Positions 12,675 to 25,372 are shown, counted from the whole stretch's first letter. The stretch: 64,000 nucleotides of DNA, filler included, from Circinaria calcarea (GCA_051942165.1; 8 parts of 8 records of this genome joined end to end with filler, not necessarily neighbours in it); one strand, 5' to 3'. Numbers and translations are program-made. Notes: generated by a model from the letters alone, not told the origin.

Positions 12675-12850
12675 TCGTGACTTGCGCTAGAAAATCAACC
12701 GAGGTCTGATCTGCTGGCGGCTCTGTAATAGATCTACCAATCAGATGTGAGCCAAGCTAGCCTTCTTGCAGTAATAGTGGACCTCAATCTTCTCTCTCAA
12801 CCACCTCCAGCTGCAGACTCCAAGTCGATCAGAGCCCTTTTATTTGCAAC

Positions 12851-13436
12851 ATGTCGGACGTAAAGATCCAGTATGTGACTCACATGCTATAACTACGTCA
12901 TGGGTATCAGAAAGGCTGACAGAAGTACAGGGATCTCTTGAACAAGCCGCGCAACGAGCTCACGTGGGTAGACCTTTGAATCATCTCCGCCGCACTTGTG
13001 CTTTACACACGGACCGCGAGCTGTTGTCCTTTCAAAACGGGCTGCTGATAAATCACTAGCGAGTACGAAGTCTCCCAACTTGAAGAGCATGAATTCACTT
13101 CGGGACCCCTCTCTATTCTCCAGACCGCCGTTCGATCTCATACGCAAGTCCTCATATCCTGCCGTAACAATCGCAAATTGCTCGCCCGGGTTAAAGCCTT
13201 CGATAGACATTGCAATATGGTCTTGGAGAATGTAAAGGAAATGTGGACGGAAACTCCCAGAGTTTCGGGAGGGAAGAAGGGGAGGCCAGTCAACAAGGAC
13301 AGGTTCATTAGTAAAATGTACGCAGCTCATGCGGTTGACGGATGCTTCTGAAGCCGATCGAATAAGCTCCCATGACTAACCAACTTTTGGCAGGTTTCTC
13401 AGAGGTGATTCGGTTATTCTAGTGCTACTAAGTTAA
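12851..13436 (+). CDS. SMD2: Small nuclear ribonucleoprotein Sm D2, 4 exons
   Basis: Spliced translation [82 protein letters not shown]...[23 protein letters not shown]. Missed by the ORF track. Confidence 0.95.
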
Positions 13437-13533
13437 ATTTTCCATTCGCGGAGATATCCAAATGGTTTGTTGGCGGTCGACGTGGCATTGGAAAAAAATA
13501 ATTACTAGTGATATGCCCATGCGATCTCTGATG

Positions 13534-15376
13534 CTACAGTCCTTCTGCGAGCCCCGTGAGGAAAGCACTTAATCCGTACGCCCCTGGATCTGGCACTCCT
13601 TGCCATCCCTCACCGCCAACATATACGGTTCTTCCCAAACTCGCCTTCATTCCCCGTGTCGATTCCGCCCCATTGGCCGCCGCTCGGGCGGCTTCTTTGG
13701 TATTGCCTGTTTTCTCAAGGGTTTCTACGAACGGAAACAGAGCATCCATAAGTGTTCGGTCACCCGGCTGTGCGGGTGTATATTGCGATAGAGCTTGCAA
13801 GGATAGATGCAAGGCCTTTGCCCATATTTGAGAGGTAATTTGCGTAGGCGTTTGTGGGTCTTGAGCACGAAGATTATGGGCAAGGGCGTTAAGAAAGATT
13901 GCGTATAACGCTCCCGAAGTGCCGTCCATTGTGTTCTCAACGACATTGACGATGGTCGAGAAAGCTACCAGGGCATCATCCGTAAGTCTAGTGCGTTCTA
14001 ATATTTTTATGATGGCTTCAGCCCCGCGCTTCAAGCCAATGCCGCAGTCGCCATCACCGACGATAGTATCGAATTTGGTCACGTCAGGCTCTGCTGCTAT
14101 TAGGCGTTCAAGAGCTAAACTAAGAACGCTTTTCAGAAACTTCGGATCGACTTCGCAACGATTAGTCCGGCCTCAACCTAGGGAAGATGCTTGCAGGGCG
14201 CTCACTTCTCAAGTTACTAGGTTTTGTTTCTTTTTCACCGGGCTTTTTCTTTTCCTGGTTCAACTCATATATCTTTTCCCAGGTGTCTTTTTTGATTGGC
14301 GCCGGCCAGCCGATCGCTTCAGCAGGATAGTCTATGAGTTCCAGCATTGACTTCCCCGGTCCAAATCCAGTGTCAACTAATTTCATAATCGATATTCCAA
14401 ATCCAAATCCATTGAGACTTCCAACGAAGGTGCCTGTTATTACTCTCTGAGGCTTTAGGCCGTATTCTCTTCCCAGCTGCGACCAGACCTCTGTTGTAAC
14501 GGCACCTAATTCCAAATTGCTTAAACCGCCAAAGTTGTTGATGAGCATCACTATTGGATCCGACCTCTCAATGTTTACATAGGCTCTGTCTTCATCATCT
14601 TGATTCAACATCTGGGCCAACATAATCTTGATTGTTCCTGGCAAATCGGTCTCTACCTTTTCACAACCTGTTTCATTATGAATCCCCATTCCAATCTCCA
14701 TGACGCCTATAGGTAGACGCTCTGCTTCCTCGATCGCATCTGTACTCGGTCTCCCTGGAATATGGACCCGGCTTAAACTTGCAGCAACACTTACAATGTT
14801 CTCTCCAGCTAGTTTACCTATCCTGGCAGTGTCTTCCAAGCTGGCCCCCAGTTCTGCAAGCGCACCACATATTTTGACAACCAAGGCTGTCCCCGATATC
14901 CCTCGCCTCCCAACCTTGCCTCCCTTTGCGCGCCCAACGCCAACGTCATCGGCAACTACCACCATCTCCACCTTTTTACCCATAGCCCTAGCCTTTTCCA
15001 CGCCCATCCCAAAGTTCAGCACATCTCCAGTATAATTCATCAAAATGACCAAGGTCCCCTTGGACTCCTCCGGTAATCGATGCGCTAAACATGTTCGAAT
15101 TTGTTCCGCGCTGGGAGATGCAAAGATGGTTCCGGCGACACAGGCAGTTAGTAGGCCCTGGCCCACATAACCCGCGAAGCCTGGCTCATGGCCCGACCCG
15201 CCACCACCGATCAGAGCAATTCTTTGGGCCGGCGATGTGAGTGAAGCCGGGTGTCGATATACGATCTTATTAGGTTCATCAACGAGAAGAGAGGGATTGG
15301 TCAGTGTCAGGGAGCGAAGAGAAGCGACGACGGCATGGTTTGGATCATTGACAAAGTGTTTTGCTGTTTTAGGCAT
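13534..15376 (-). CDS. DAK1: Dihydroxyacetone kinase (DhaK-DhaL fusion), 2 exons
   Basis: GGGSGHEP, NYTGDVLNF, GMGIHNE, VGDGDCG, MDGTSGALY, GDRTLMDAL and PDPGA motifs; one GTGAGC...CTAAT...GAAG intron links the two ORFs. Confidence 0.93.
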
Positions 15377-15885
15377 CTGTCAGCAGAGATAATGACAGGC
15401 GTTGGATACCGGGAGTGCCCCTCCGTACCAGACATTCAGGCTAGGCAAGGAGTAATGCTCGCAAGTACCGTACATCGAAGGCAGTTACTAGAACATTAAC
15501 TGCGTGTTGCGCCTTCGGTCTTGTACTACTTTTTGATAGTCTGGAGATTCAGGTCAGAGCTTCGGGTCTGAAAGGAGATCATTGCGGGGGAAAAGTGTGG
15601 GGTAGAGCTAGTAGCTGAGCGAGCGGTCGCTTGACTTGTTTCATTCTAGCGCTGAACATGGGGTCCCCTGGTATTTACGATGATTGATCGTTATTAAACT
15701 ACCCTAACAGTAGATACCTTATCAAGAAGCAGATCTACAGAGCCCACAAAACCTCGATAGATAATACACACGCCATCGTTGAACTGGGAGATCTTTGAAT
15801 TGATGTATCAGATCATTGATGAATAAAGGCAGCTATAGAGGGTACCTTCGATGCTCTATCGGTGAAGGAAGAGTGTGCGTTAAAA

Positions 15886-16122
15886 ATGTCCGCAGAAGTT
15901 GGCGGAGAAGCCAGTCACCTGCCGAGGAAAGTAGCGGGCGCCACCCATCAGCAAAGTACTAGAGGCGGAGATCCTCCAACAATGACTAGCCTTTCCACTG
16001 CGCCTGCTCACGAGGCCTTCGCGACCCCTTCCAGCTTCCTCAGACGTCCCAGAGGTTATTCTCGCCCGATGGCTCCAGCTAAGCCTCTCAATGCCGTTGA
16101 TCGAGAGCAGCGCAGGGGTTTG
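15886..16122 (+). CDS. SNF4: Probable first exon of the AMPK/Snf1 gamma subunit (Snf4); truncated by contig end
   Basis: ...PSSFLRRPRGYSRPMAPAKPLNAVDREQRRGL followed by the donor GTCAGT. It resembles the N-terminus of filamentous-fungal Snf4 just before the first CBS repeat; the CBS domains are not visible. Confidence 0.55.
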
Positions 16123-16133
16123 GTCAGTCGTCC

Positions 16134-16233
16134 NNNNNNNNNNNNNNNNNNNNNNNNNNNNNNNNNNNNNNNNNNNNTTAATTAATTAANNNNNNNNNNN
16201 NNNNNNNNNNNNNNNNNNNNNNNNNNNNNNNNN
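16134..16233. other. Artificial contig spacer
   Basis: N44-TTAATTAATTAA-N44. Confidence 0.98.
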
Positions 16234-16262
16234 TGGTTAATTCTAATTCTCACCTAGTATAG

Positions 16263-17906
16263 GCTGCCTTTAATCCAACCCAGATCTTTGGAGACGATGT
16301 CACGGAAGAAAAGGGCGAAAATGCGCGTCTCTCGGCGTTTGTCGGCGCAATCGCGGTGGGGGACTTGGTCAAGAGCACCCTGGGACCAAAAGGAATGGAC
16401 AAAATCCTACAGTCTGCGTGAGTGCTTAACTGTGTCATGGGTAAACCAGCTCCTAATGATTCATACTTTAGTTCAACGGGTGAAGTTATGGTCACCAATG
16501 ACGGCGCTACAATCCTCAAGTCAATCGCTCTCGACAATGCTGCCGCAAAGGTCCTTGTCAATATCTCAAAGGTACAGGATGACGAGGTGGGAGATGGCAC
16601 AACATCAGTCACGGTACTGGCAGCAGAGCTCCTCCGGGAAGCGGAAAAACTGGTGGAAAGAAAGATTCATCCTCAGACTATCATAGAAGGCTACCGGATT
16701 GCGAGCAATGCGGCCCTTGCGGCTTTGGAGAAATCAGCAGTCGATCATAGCAAGGACAAAGCAGCCTTTCGCAAAGACCTGCTATCAATCGCTCGAACGA
16801 CCCTTAGCTCGAAGGTGCTCAGCCAAGACCGTAAGCACTTCGCCGAGTTGGCGTGCGACGCTGTGTTACGAATGCAGGGCTCTACAGACTTGAGCCATAT
16901 ACAAATCATCAAGAAGGCTGGAGGCAAGCTAAGTGATTCCTATTTGGACGAGGGCTTCATTCTGGATAAGCGGATAGGAGTCAATCAACCGAAGAGGTTA
17001 GAAAACGCGAGGATTCTGGTTGCAAACACTGCCATGGACACGGATAAGATTAAGATATTTGGTGCTAGAGTAAAGGTTGAGTCTACCGGGAAGCTTGCCG
17101 AGCTAGAAAAGGCGGAGAAGGAGAAGATGAAGGCGAAAGTAGAAAAGATAAAGGCACACGGCATCAACTGTTTCGTCAATCGACAACTCATTTACAACTG
17201 GCCCGAACAGCTCTTCTCGGACGCAGGGATAATCTCAATAGAGCACGCCGATTTCGATGGTATAGAGCGATTAGCTCTTGTCACAGGTGGAGAGATTGCT
17301 TCGACTTTCGATCACCCCGAGAGCGTGAAACTAGGGCACTGCGATTTGATAGAGGAGGTCATTATTGGGGAAGATACCTTGATCAAGTTCTCTGGTGTTG
17401 CGGCTGGACAAGCATGTACCATCGTACTAAGAGGGGCTACCGAGCAACTCCTCGACGAAGCCGAGCGCTCTATACACGACGCCTTAGCCGTCTTGTCCCA
17501 GACCGTCCGTGAGCCTAAAACAACGCTTGGGGGTGGGTGCGCAGAGATGGTCATGGCAAAGGCAGTTGACCAGGCGGCGCGGAATGTGGCAGGCAAGAAA
17601 GCCATTGCGGTGGACTCCTTCTCCACCGCCTTGCGACAGCTACCCACCATTCTTGCAGACAACGCCGGGTTTGACTCGAGCGATTTGGTAGCAAGGCTGA
17701 GGGAAGCGATCTACAAAGGCATGACTAGTTCCGGTCTCGACCTGTCCACTCCCGGAGGAGGTATAGCTGACATGAGAGAACTTGGCGTGATCGAGAGCTA
17801 TAAACTCAAGAGAGCTGTCGTAAGCTCCGCGAGTGAAGCGGCCGAGCTTTTGTTACGGGTGGATAACATTATTCGGTGCGCACCGAGGAAAAGGGAAAGA
17901 ATGTAG
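16263..17906 (+). CDS. CCT2: T-complex protein 1 beta subunit (CCT2); start codon exon missing beyond the contig start
   Basis: Exon [52 protein letters not shown] follows the acceptor TATAG. Then an intron GTGAGT...TTTAG and [15 protein letters not shown]...[11 protein letters not shown]...[18 protein letters not shown]. Confidence 0.97.
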
Positions 17907-18689
17907 CTGCCTTCTTCCGGGAGTTCTAAGGCCTTCAATGCAAAAGTATGGGGTTGGCATCTTTCATGCATTTGTGAAGCAGGGTAGCGGCGTCTGGAGC
18001 TTGTCAAGGCTGGGAACGCCGTTATGTGGTGCTCTTAGACTCGTAAAAGACTCAATGGTCCTTCTCTCAGCCTTGAAGCTAATAGTGTTCCTGTGCCGCC
18101 GACTGAGGGTATCTGACAAGACTGGAACCTACAATCGTTGGCTTGCGCCCCGCCAACTTGGTAGCCGTCATGGCATTGGTAAGGAAGCCCGTATTGCGCC
18201 CCAAACACCCCGTCCTATTATTGAGTATGTACCGTCTTGAGACTGCTGATCTTAAGGGCATGAAACAATCGTGAGGCGGTCCTGAACGGGAAGGACGGGG
18301 ACTGGTGCCGTGGATTTATTGCGCAAGTGCATGTCGGCTGAATCGTGGATTTAGTGATTGATGCGGTTAGTCTGAGCGGATCATCCCCTTGCAAGCGAGA
18401 CCAAGCCATCGTTCCAATTACGGAGGACCAACTTATTAGAATTACTACTGCTGACCTGACCTCCCCCCAATAATCCTGACTGTGCCATCCATTCCATCCG
18501 CTTCGTATTCGCACCATCTCTCCCTCCTTCCTCCCCTCCTTCTTTACCTTCCTTCAAATCACCGGATTTGAGATTGATCATCGCAACATCTGCATCCGCC
18601 AGCTCTCGAGTCAGGAGAAGCCGGAAGAATCTCGGATATTACATACAGCATTTTGAGGTCCCTACTTGGACTGTTACACTGGAGTCTCT

Positions 18690-21600
18690 ATGGCGCGTCG
18701 CCGGGCCGGCGCTCGAAGGTCTTTCTTCTCCGCCCTCACTGCGACCTTTATCCTTTTGCCCTTTGCATTAGCTTCTCCGCAGCAGGAGCAGCAATTCTAT
18801 CGCAAATCACCCCATGAACAAGCCCCTTTGGCCGATCCCTCGACTTCCGCTGGGGCATCCAAAGCGCTTCGGGATGGGAGAAGATTAGAAACAACGATTC
18901 ACAAGCACTTCAAAGACACATCACTCGATACCAATACAGCGAGCGCCATCGCAACCTTAGCTCCGGCAGGCGTCGACCATGCCGTTCGAGCACCACCACC
19001 TGCACAGGGGTCAGGAAAGTCGGCTGGACTTTCCTCGCTGCTTAACGCGCGTTCTTTGCAGGACTGGGAAGTTGAGGATTTTATACTCCTGGCGACCGTG
19101 GACGGATCGATTCATGCAAGAGACAGAAAGACAGGAGCCCCACGCTGGGCTTTGGAGGTTGACAAACCGATGGTGGAGACCATTTATCACCGAGAGAATA
19201 CGTCAGCCCTCGAGGATTCCAGACCCGAAGACGACTTCTTGTGGATTGTGGAGCCCAGTAGGGATGGGGATATCTACATCTATAATCAAGGCCAGAATGG
19301 CGGGTTGCAGAGACTGCGCTTGACGGTGAAGAAACTTGCGGAAGATTTATCGCCATATGCTGGCGAAGACCCTGCAGTGGTCTACACAGCGGAGAAGAAA
19401 ACGACCCTTTATACGGTGGATGCAACTTCCGGTAAGATAACCAAGATGTTCAGCTCTCGGGGTTCCAACCTTAGCGACAATCAAAGTTGTAGGAGGGTCA
19501 GTGGACTCGAAACTCTCGATGGCGAAGAGTGTGGTTCCGGTGGTTCTCTCATTTTGGGCCGAACGGAATATACGATAGGGATTCAGCACAAGGATACCGC
19601 GGAGCCAATTTGCACCTTGATGTATTCCGAATGGGGGCCGAATAATCGAGATAGTGATCTGCACAACCAGTACTCGGCCACCATGGACGACAAATATGTG
19701 TATTCACGTCATGACGGGAGTATCTTTGGTTTTGACCATGCACGATTGGACGACAGGCGCAAGTCCTACACGCAGAAACTCTCGTCGCCTGTAGTGAGAG
19801 TCTTTGATGTTGCTCGACCCTTGGAGGGTAAACGCCATGACAAAGAGACGACGGAGCTAATTATCTTACCTCAACCCATCAGACCTATTGACAGTGAAGA
19901 TCTATATAACGCTTTCAGCGATCGAAATCGAATATTCATCAATCAGACTGAGGCTGGTGGCTGGTATGCCATGTCGGAAAGTACCTACCCTCTGGTAACG
20001 GGTGGAGCTGCGACCGCTCAATGCTACAACAAAGATTGGCTGGAGATGACCTTTCAATCCCAGACATTATCCTTAGTCCAGCGTCAGAAAGCCCTCGTGG
20101 GGGTTCATGCCATATCTGAAGCCGAGAGCAGAGAAAGTAGCTTCATGACGATATCTGGTCCTCCGCAAGAACCTGTCAACGATACTCCCATCAGTCTCTC
20201 TTCAAGAACACCCACATTACCATCACCGTCGGTCCTTGGCAACAGTTATATTATCGGCAGTGCAGCCCGTAATGCCACTGATATCCTTCTTGCTTTCATT
20301 GTCATGATCTTCTTCACTTTCTTAGGCATCAATCGCCGGCTAATCTTTAAGCTACTTCGAAACAAACTGGAATTGAAGCAGTTGTTTCCGGCAGTTGAGC
20401 AATCTTTAACATCAGTACCATCATCTCCAGTCGTGACTGAAGCCCCTTGGTCAGCTAAGTCTGAAACGCCTTTAATGCAGACAATTGAAGAAGCTCTTGA
20501 CCAGGAGGAAGGTACAACGACACCGACTATTTCAAGGAGGAACACCTTGCTAGAACCTCCAAACGTGGCTCGAAGTCGCTCAGGGTCCGTCGATGAGGAG
20601 CGTGGTCGAACGACAGGAGGGCCGCGAGTTCGAATCGTTGAACCCTCTCCTTCACCAGGCCGTGATGAAGAAGGCGGTCTGAACTCGCCCCAGCCAGGGA
20701 AGAAAAAGGCTCGTCGAGGATGTAGAGGAGGCGTCAAACATAAAAAGAAACGGAGTAATAGCAAGCATGATGAGCAAGATAAGGTTGATCAAACAATCGA
20801 AGAGGTCATGCAGATTGCAATAGAGCCACCACAAGGACCTGATGCCGTAATAGTAGGAAACACTGCCAATAACGACATGGCGGACATCTCCGGGCCAGTT
20901 GTTCAAATCGGACATCTGAAAGTCTATACAGATACTATACTTGGCTTCGGTAGCCACGGTACAGTGGTTTTCAAGGGTTCGTTTGGTGGCAGAGATGTTG
21001 CGGTCAAACGCATGCTTCAAGAGTTTTTTGATATAGCCTCACATGAGGTAGGCCTGCTTCAAGAGAGCGACGATCATCCCAACGTTATCCGCTATTACGA
21101 TAAAGAGTCCGCTGGGGAATTTCTGTATATCGCCATCGAACTTTGCCCGGCTTCGTTACAAGAAGTGATCGAGAAGCCAGTCAACTATCCATCCCTGATT
21201 GGCTTGACTGGACTCGACCTTCCAGATGTGTTGAAGCAGATCACTGCTGGTCTACGTTACCTACACTCGCTCAAGATCGTGCACCGCGATATAAAGCCTC
21301 AGAACATACTTGTTTCCGCGCCCAAAAAGCTCCCTGCACACCCAGATGTCTTCCAACCTCCTCGGCTACTGATATCGGATTTTGGCCTTTGTAAGAAGCT
21401 GGAGGGCGATCAAAGCTCTTTCCGTGCAACCACGGCTCATGCGGCTGGTACGTCCGGCTGGCGCGCTCCAGAACTTCTTGTCGATGAAGATGCTGTAACT
21501 CCGCTTCAATCACCGGTTGCCAATTCTGACAGCAACAATCATACCGGCCAATCAGGTTCAGAACCTGTGGTTCTCGACCCCCAAACCAATCGTCGTGCAA

Positions 21601-22268
21601 CGCGAGCAATTGACATCTTCTCCCTCGGTTGCGTCTTTTACTACGTCCTTACCGGCGGTAATCACCCATACGACCGGGACGGCAAATACATGCGCGAAGC
21701 AAACATCGTCAAGGGCAATTACAACCTTTCCGACCTAGCTAATCTGGGTGATTACCAATGGGAAGCAAAGGACCTCGTCGGTAGAATGCTGAGCCATTCA
21801 CCGCGTGCGAGACCGGATGCAGGACAGGTTCTCTGCCACCCATTCTTCTGGGGTGCTGAAGAAAGGCTTGATTTCCTGTGCCATGTGAGCGATCAGTTTG
21901 AGTTCGAGCCTCGAGAGCCTCCGAGCGTCGCCCTGCAAATCCTTGAATCGTACGCGCCCGAGATTCTGGGGGCTTCAAGTAATGACTTCCTCCGTGCCTT
22001 GCCCAAGGAGTTCCGAGACACGTTAGGGAAGCAACGGAAATACCAGGGAAACAAACTTTTGGATTTGTTGAGGGCGCTGCGGAACAAGAAGAATCACTAT
22101 GAGGACATGCCCGAGGGCGTAAAGGAAAAAGTTGGCGGACTGCCGAATGGATACTTGAGTTTTTGGACGAGGAAGTTTCCGGGGCTTTTGATGGGCTGCC
22201 ACGAGATTGTCAGGCAGGTGGGATGGGAGGGCAAGGATCGATTCAGGAGGTTTTATTATGGGATCTGA
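18690..22268 (+). CDS. IRE1: Ire1 bifunctional Ser/Thr kinase/endoribonuclease (UPR sensor); single ORF
   Basis: Signal peptide, luminal domain (FILLATVDGSIHARD), TM helix, kinase (GFGSHGTVV, VAVKR, HRDIKPQN, SDFGLCK, GTSGWRAPE) and KEN RNase (DLLRALRNKKNHY). Confidence 0.97.
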   Translation: MARRRAGARRSFFSALTATFILLPFALASPQQEQQFYRKSPHEQAPLADPSTSAGASKALRDGRRLETTIHKHFKDTSLDTNTASAIATLAPAGVDHAVRAPPPAQGSGKSAGLSSLLNARSLQDWEVEDFILLATVDGSIHARDRKTGAPRWALEVDKPMVETIYHRENTSALEDSRPEDDFLWIVEPSRDGDIYIYNQGQNGGLQRLRLTVKKLAEDLSPYAGEDPAVVYTAEKKTTLYTVDATSGKITKMFSSRGSNLSDNQSCRRVSGLETLDGEECGSGGSLILGRTEYTIGIQHKDTAEPICTLMYSEWGPNNRDSDLHNQYSATMDDKYVYSRHDGSIFGFDHARLDDRRKSYTQKLSSPVVRVFDVARPLEGKRHDKETTELIILPQPIRPIDSEDLYNAFSDRNRIFINQTEAGGWYAMSESTYPLVTGGAATAQCYNKDWLEMTFQSQTLSLVQRQKALVGVHAISEAESRESSFMTISGPPQEPVNDTPISLSSRTPTLPSPSVLGNSYIIGSAARNATDILLAFIVMIFFTFLGINRRLIFKLLRNKLELKQLFPAVEQSLTSVPSSPVVTEAPWSAKSETPLMQTIEEALDQEEGTTTPTISRRNTLLEPPNVARSRSGSVDEERGRTTGGPRVRIVEPSPSPGRDEEGGLNSPQPGKKKARRGCRGGVKHKKKRSNSKHDEQDKVDQTIEEVMQIAIEPPQGPDAVIVGNTANNDMADISGPVVQIGHLKVYTDTILGFGSHGTVVFKGSFGGRDVAVKRMLQEFFDIASHEVGLLQESDDHPNVIRYYDKESAGEFLYIAIELCPASLQEVIEKPVNYPSLIGLTGLDLPDVLKQITAGLRYLHSLKIVHRDIKPQNILVSAPKKLPAHPDVFQPPRLLISDFGLCKKLEGDQSSFRATTAHAAGTSGWRAPELLVDEDAVTPLQSPVANSDSNNHTGQSGSEPVVLDPQTNRRATRAIDIFSLGCVFYYVLTGGNHPYDRDGKYMREANIVKGNYNLSDLANLGDYQWEAKDLVGRMLSHSPRARPDAGQVLCHPFFWGAEERLDFLCHVSDQFEFEPREPPSVALQILESYAPEILGASSNDFLRALPKEFRDTLGKQRKYQGNKLLDLLRALRNKKNHYEDMPEGVKEKVGGLPNGYLSFWTRKFPGLLMGCHEIVRQVGWEGKDRFRRFYYGI

Positions 22269-22752
22269 TGAAGTGTCGAGAAAAAGCCATGGATTTCTTT
22301 TCACTTCCCTGTTGGATGAAACGCGGCTGGGAATACGTTGGATTTGGCAAACTCGGTCGGGATGCAATGGGTTGCGTCGGATCCATGTGTTTGGAGGATT
22401 TCAGGATTTGCGTGATTGTTCTACGGGGTCGGGGTATGTCAGTGGTACAGGCTCTGCGCTTTCCTTGCCATTATATCTAGTCGTCATTTCCAATCGATTT
22501 TAGACAGTCTTCTGCACTAGAAATCCCCCCGGTTGACAATGTAATATTGGTTCTTTTCCCCGAGTAGAGTAAAACCATACTCCTTTGTACCTTTGGTGCC
22601 CGGCGGACCAACTGCATCTTTTACTGCATCGTTCCACACTAACGTCGGGTGATTGTCGGCTTCCAACATTCGACGTCATCGTCAAGCCGACACTTTCCAG
22701 CATTGTGCATTTGCTATACTTATATCTAATCATCTACTCTGCTTCTTACACC

Positions 22753-23841
22753 ATGCCTACAAAGATGCAATCCGCTGCCGACTCTCTTGTCAGTCGACAT
22801 CCTCTCCAGCGACTCAATTCCCCTTCCCGGGGCCTCTCCTCCATTGTCCATGTACATCTCCCTCCTCCCTGACCCTAGGGATACCGACTGACTGAAAAGA
22901 GGCCCTAGGCCTAGCATCTTTTGCTGCCTCCTTCAAATAGTGTGTTTCTCGCCCTACACCTAAAATCATATTATTAACGCCATAGATACAGCTTAGTGGA
23001 CTGGCCCAATCCGGTGCAAGTCCCCTCCCCTAATCCATGCTACACTCCAGAATCAGGACCCTTCTACTTACAACTACCACAGCAGCGACGCCTATGGCTG
23101 GCACTTTCAATACTTGACTATCATCGGATTGTCCCTAGCGACTCTGACGTTCCTCGTCGGCTCCCTCGCAGACATTACGCTTTCTCCACGGCTGTTCAGC
23201 ATCAAGAATGCGCTGAGCGTGTGCAGTGCGCCGCTGGAGGTGCTGATTACTATCTTATACTGGGGCATCAGACTCGTACGATATATACTCCCTATCTGCT
23301 TTGGTCTCACTCTCACGTTCGGGACGATGTTAAGGAAGCCATTCCGGTACTGATGAAGGGTTTGGATACTTGCAGATCGACAAATCCCTCGTCATGCCCG
23401 ACTTCATGCGCCTTGACCCTCTAGCCGACATTGGATTCCACGCCATGCCCGCTCTCATGCTCACAATCGACCTGTTGTTCTTCTCCCCACCCTGGACCAC
23501 TGCCGCATTGCCAGCCATGGGCGTGAGCGCGGTACTGGCGTTCTCGTACTGGTTTTGGGTGGAGCTTTGTTATCGACAGAATGGGTGGTACGTCTCGGTC
23601 TTGAAAATGCTCGGCTGGTCACATGTGGAATGGGACTTGCGGTTCTGGGCTGATATAAGAAATCAGGTATCCATACCCCTTATTCGAACTCCTCACACCC
23701 GCCTGGCGAGCCGCACTCTTTGCAGGCAGCGCGGTCGTAATGACTTGCAGTACCGTGATGCTGAAGTGGGTTTATGGGCGGGTGAATGGTCATGGATCTG
23801 GAGGAGCGCCGAGAGCAAGACCAGGAGCGGTCAAGGGGTAG
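22753..23841 (+). CDS. FAR-17a/AIG1-like integral membrane protein, about 6 exons
   Basis: Spliced product RHPLQRLNSPSRGLSSIVH-ALGLASFAASFKY-LVDWPNPV-SDAYGWHFQYLTIIGL...APLEVLITILYWG...DIGFHAMP...NGWYPYPLFE. It has the family's conserved Thr (YLT) and His (FHA). Confidence 0.85.
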
Positions 23842-24137
23842 GGGCGCGAAGTGAAAGATGAGGCTGGTGTTTAGATTTAAGGTTGAAAAATGCAGAAGAG
23901 AGTATGTATATATGTTTAAAGCTAGATTGTAGAGGGACTCTTTAGACCTGAATAGCGGTAAAACTTTCCTACTTTCTCATCCGATCCCATCTCCCCCCCT
24001 TGGTTCGCCAATCCTATACAAAGTCCACTTTGGCTTCTCCTCCTCTCCTTTCTTCCTTCCTTCCTTCCTTCCCCGTACTCCTGGCCTTTTTAATCGGTCC
24101 AAAGCAAAACAAGACAAGACAAGGCCTGGGATATGGG

Positions 24138-24248
24138 TTTCTGCTTTCTGCTTTCTGCTTTCTGCTATCAGTACACATATACATACACATATACATACAC
24201 ATATACATACACATATACATACACATATACATACACATATACATACAC
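24138..24248. repeat. Simple repeats: (TTTCTGC)4 followed by about 6 copies of ACACATATACAT running into the contig end
   Basis: Read directly from the sequence; explains the spurious HIYI and MYMC ORFs. Confidence 0.95.
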
Positions 24249-24348
24249 NNNNNNNNNNNNNNNNNNNNNNNNNNNNNNNNNNNNNNNNNNNNTTAATTAA
24301 TTAANNNNNNNNNNNNNNNNNNNNNNNNNNNNNNNNNNNNNNNNNNNN
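24249..24348. other. Artificial contig spacer
   Basis: N44-TTAATTAATTAA-N44. Confidence 0.98.
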
Positions 24349-25372
24349 TAGGGCGATATTTTCCGCTACTGAGATAGCGGTCCATGATGAAGCAACTCCA
24401 TACCGTCCTTCGCCGTATCTCTTCTTCGACGAATGCCTCGCTTGAAGTTGGATCCAAACAAGATTCTCTTCCCATTTTTAAGCCTAAATTTTGTGCTTCA
24501 ATCCGCGTGGCGGAAGAAACCGCCCAAGGAACATTGTCAACTCCGTCTCCGTATTGAAGACCCATAGCTTGGGCCATACGAATAGCACAACCAACGTAAA
24601 TCCACGCCTTGACGCCTTTACACATACCCCATTCATGAAGTCCAAGCATTAGGAGAGCTTGGACCTGATGGAGGTTTGGTTCGCCCATATATGCGCCTTG
24701 TTCACCGGCCAACATAGCCCGGAGTGCTGTAGCATAGTACTCAGAAGCCATGACAGGATGGGCCGAGCTTTCCGGGGAGCTGGAGGAATGGTAAGCAACA
24801 AGCCGCGGATGGAATCTGGCAGCAAGCGTCAGTACTCCCAAGAGTAACATTTCAAGTCCAGGTAGCTTCGTCTCCGCGTCTTGTGGCTCGGGTGCTGGAT
24901 TGATCACGGCCGACAACGACACCGCCGCCCCGCGTAACGGATTGAGAAAGGTAGGGCCATGCAGGAAAGGTAAATCCGTAGAGAAGTGGAGCTGGAAAAG
25001 CTCAAATACCTCCTGCCACACTTGTTGTGTAAGAAGCTGTGCATTCATCACATCCGTAAGAGGCTTTGCTCTTTCTTTGGGTAAGATATATCCATATTTC
25101 GTGCCTTTATCACCGGCGTCTCCCTCACTCTTCCTACTTCGTTGCTTCTTTGCCTCCCCCTTCTCCGACGTATCGCCTTCTCGTTTCGTTGTGATAGTAG
25201 TGCCAGCAACGCCTGGCATAGGGTATACACATTCTCTTCCACTAGTACCACAGGCTTTGCACGTTGTATTGACGCCAGCGTTGACACACTTGATTTTGCT
25301 CCGCCGGCAGCGTTGGCAAGCGATACTCGATCGCATTCGCGGATGCATTGCCGGTAGGTTTGACGCCTCCAT
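24349..25372 (-). CDS. Zn(II)2Cys6 transcription factor with fungal middle homology region; 3' truncated
   Basis: ACQRCRRSKIKC...CKACGTSGRECVY cluster; VQALLMLGLHEW and EEIRRRTVWSCFIMDR motifs. Confidence 0.93.

Noticed and set aside
24000..24296. ORFs with HIYI or MYMC repeats
   Set aside because: Translations of a 12-bp microsatellite at a contig end.
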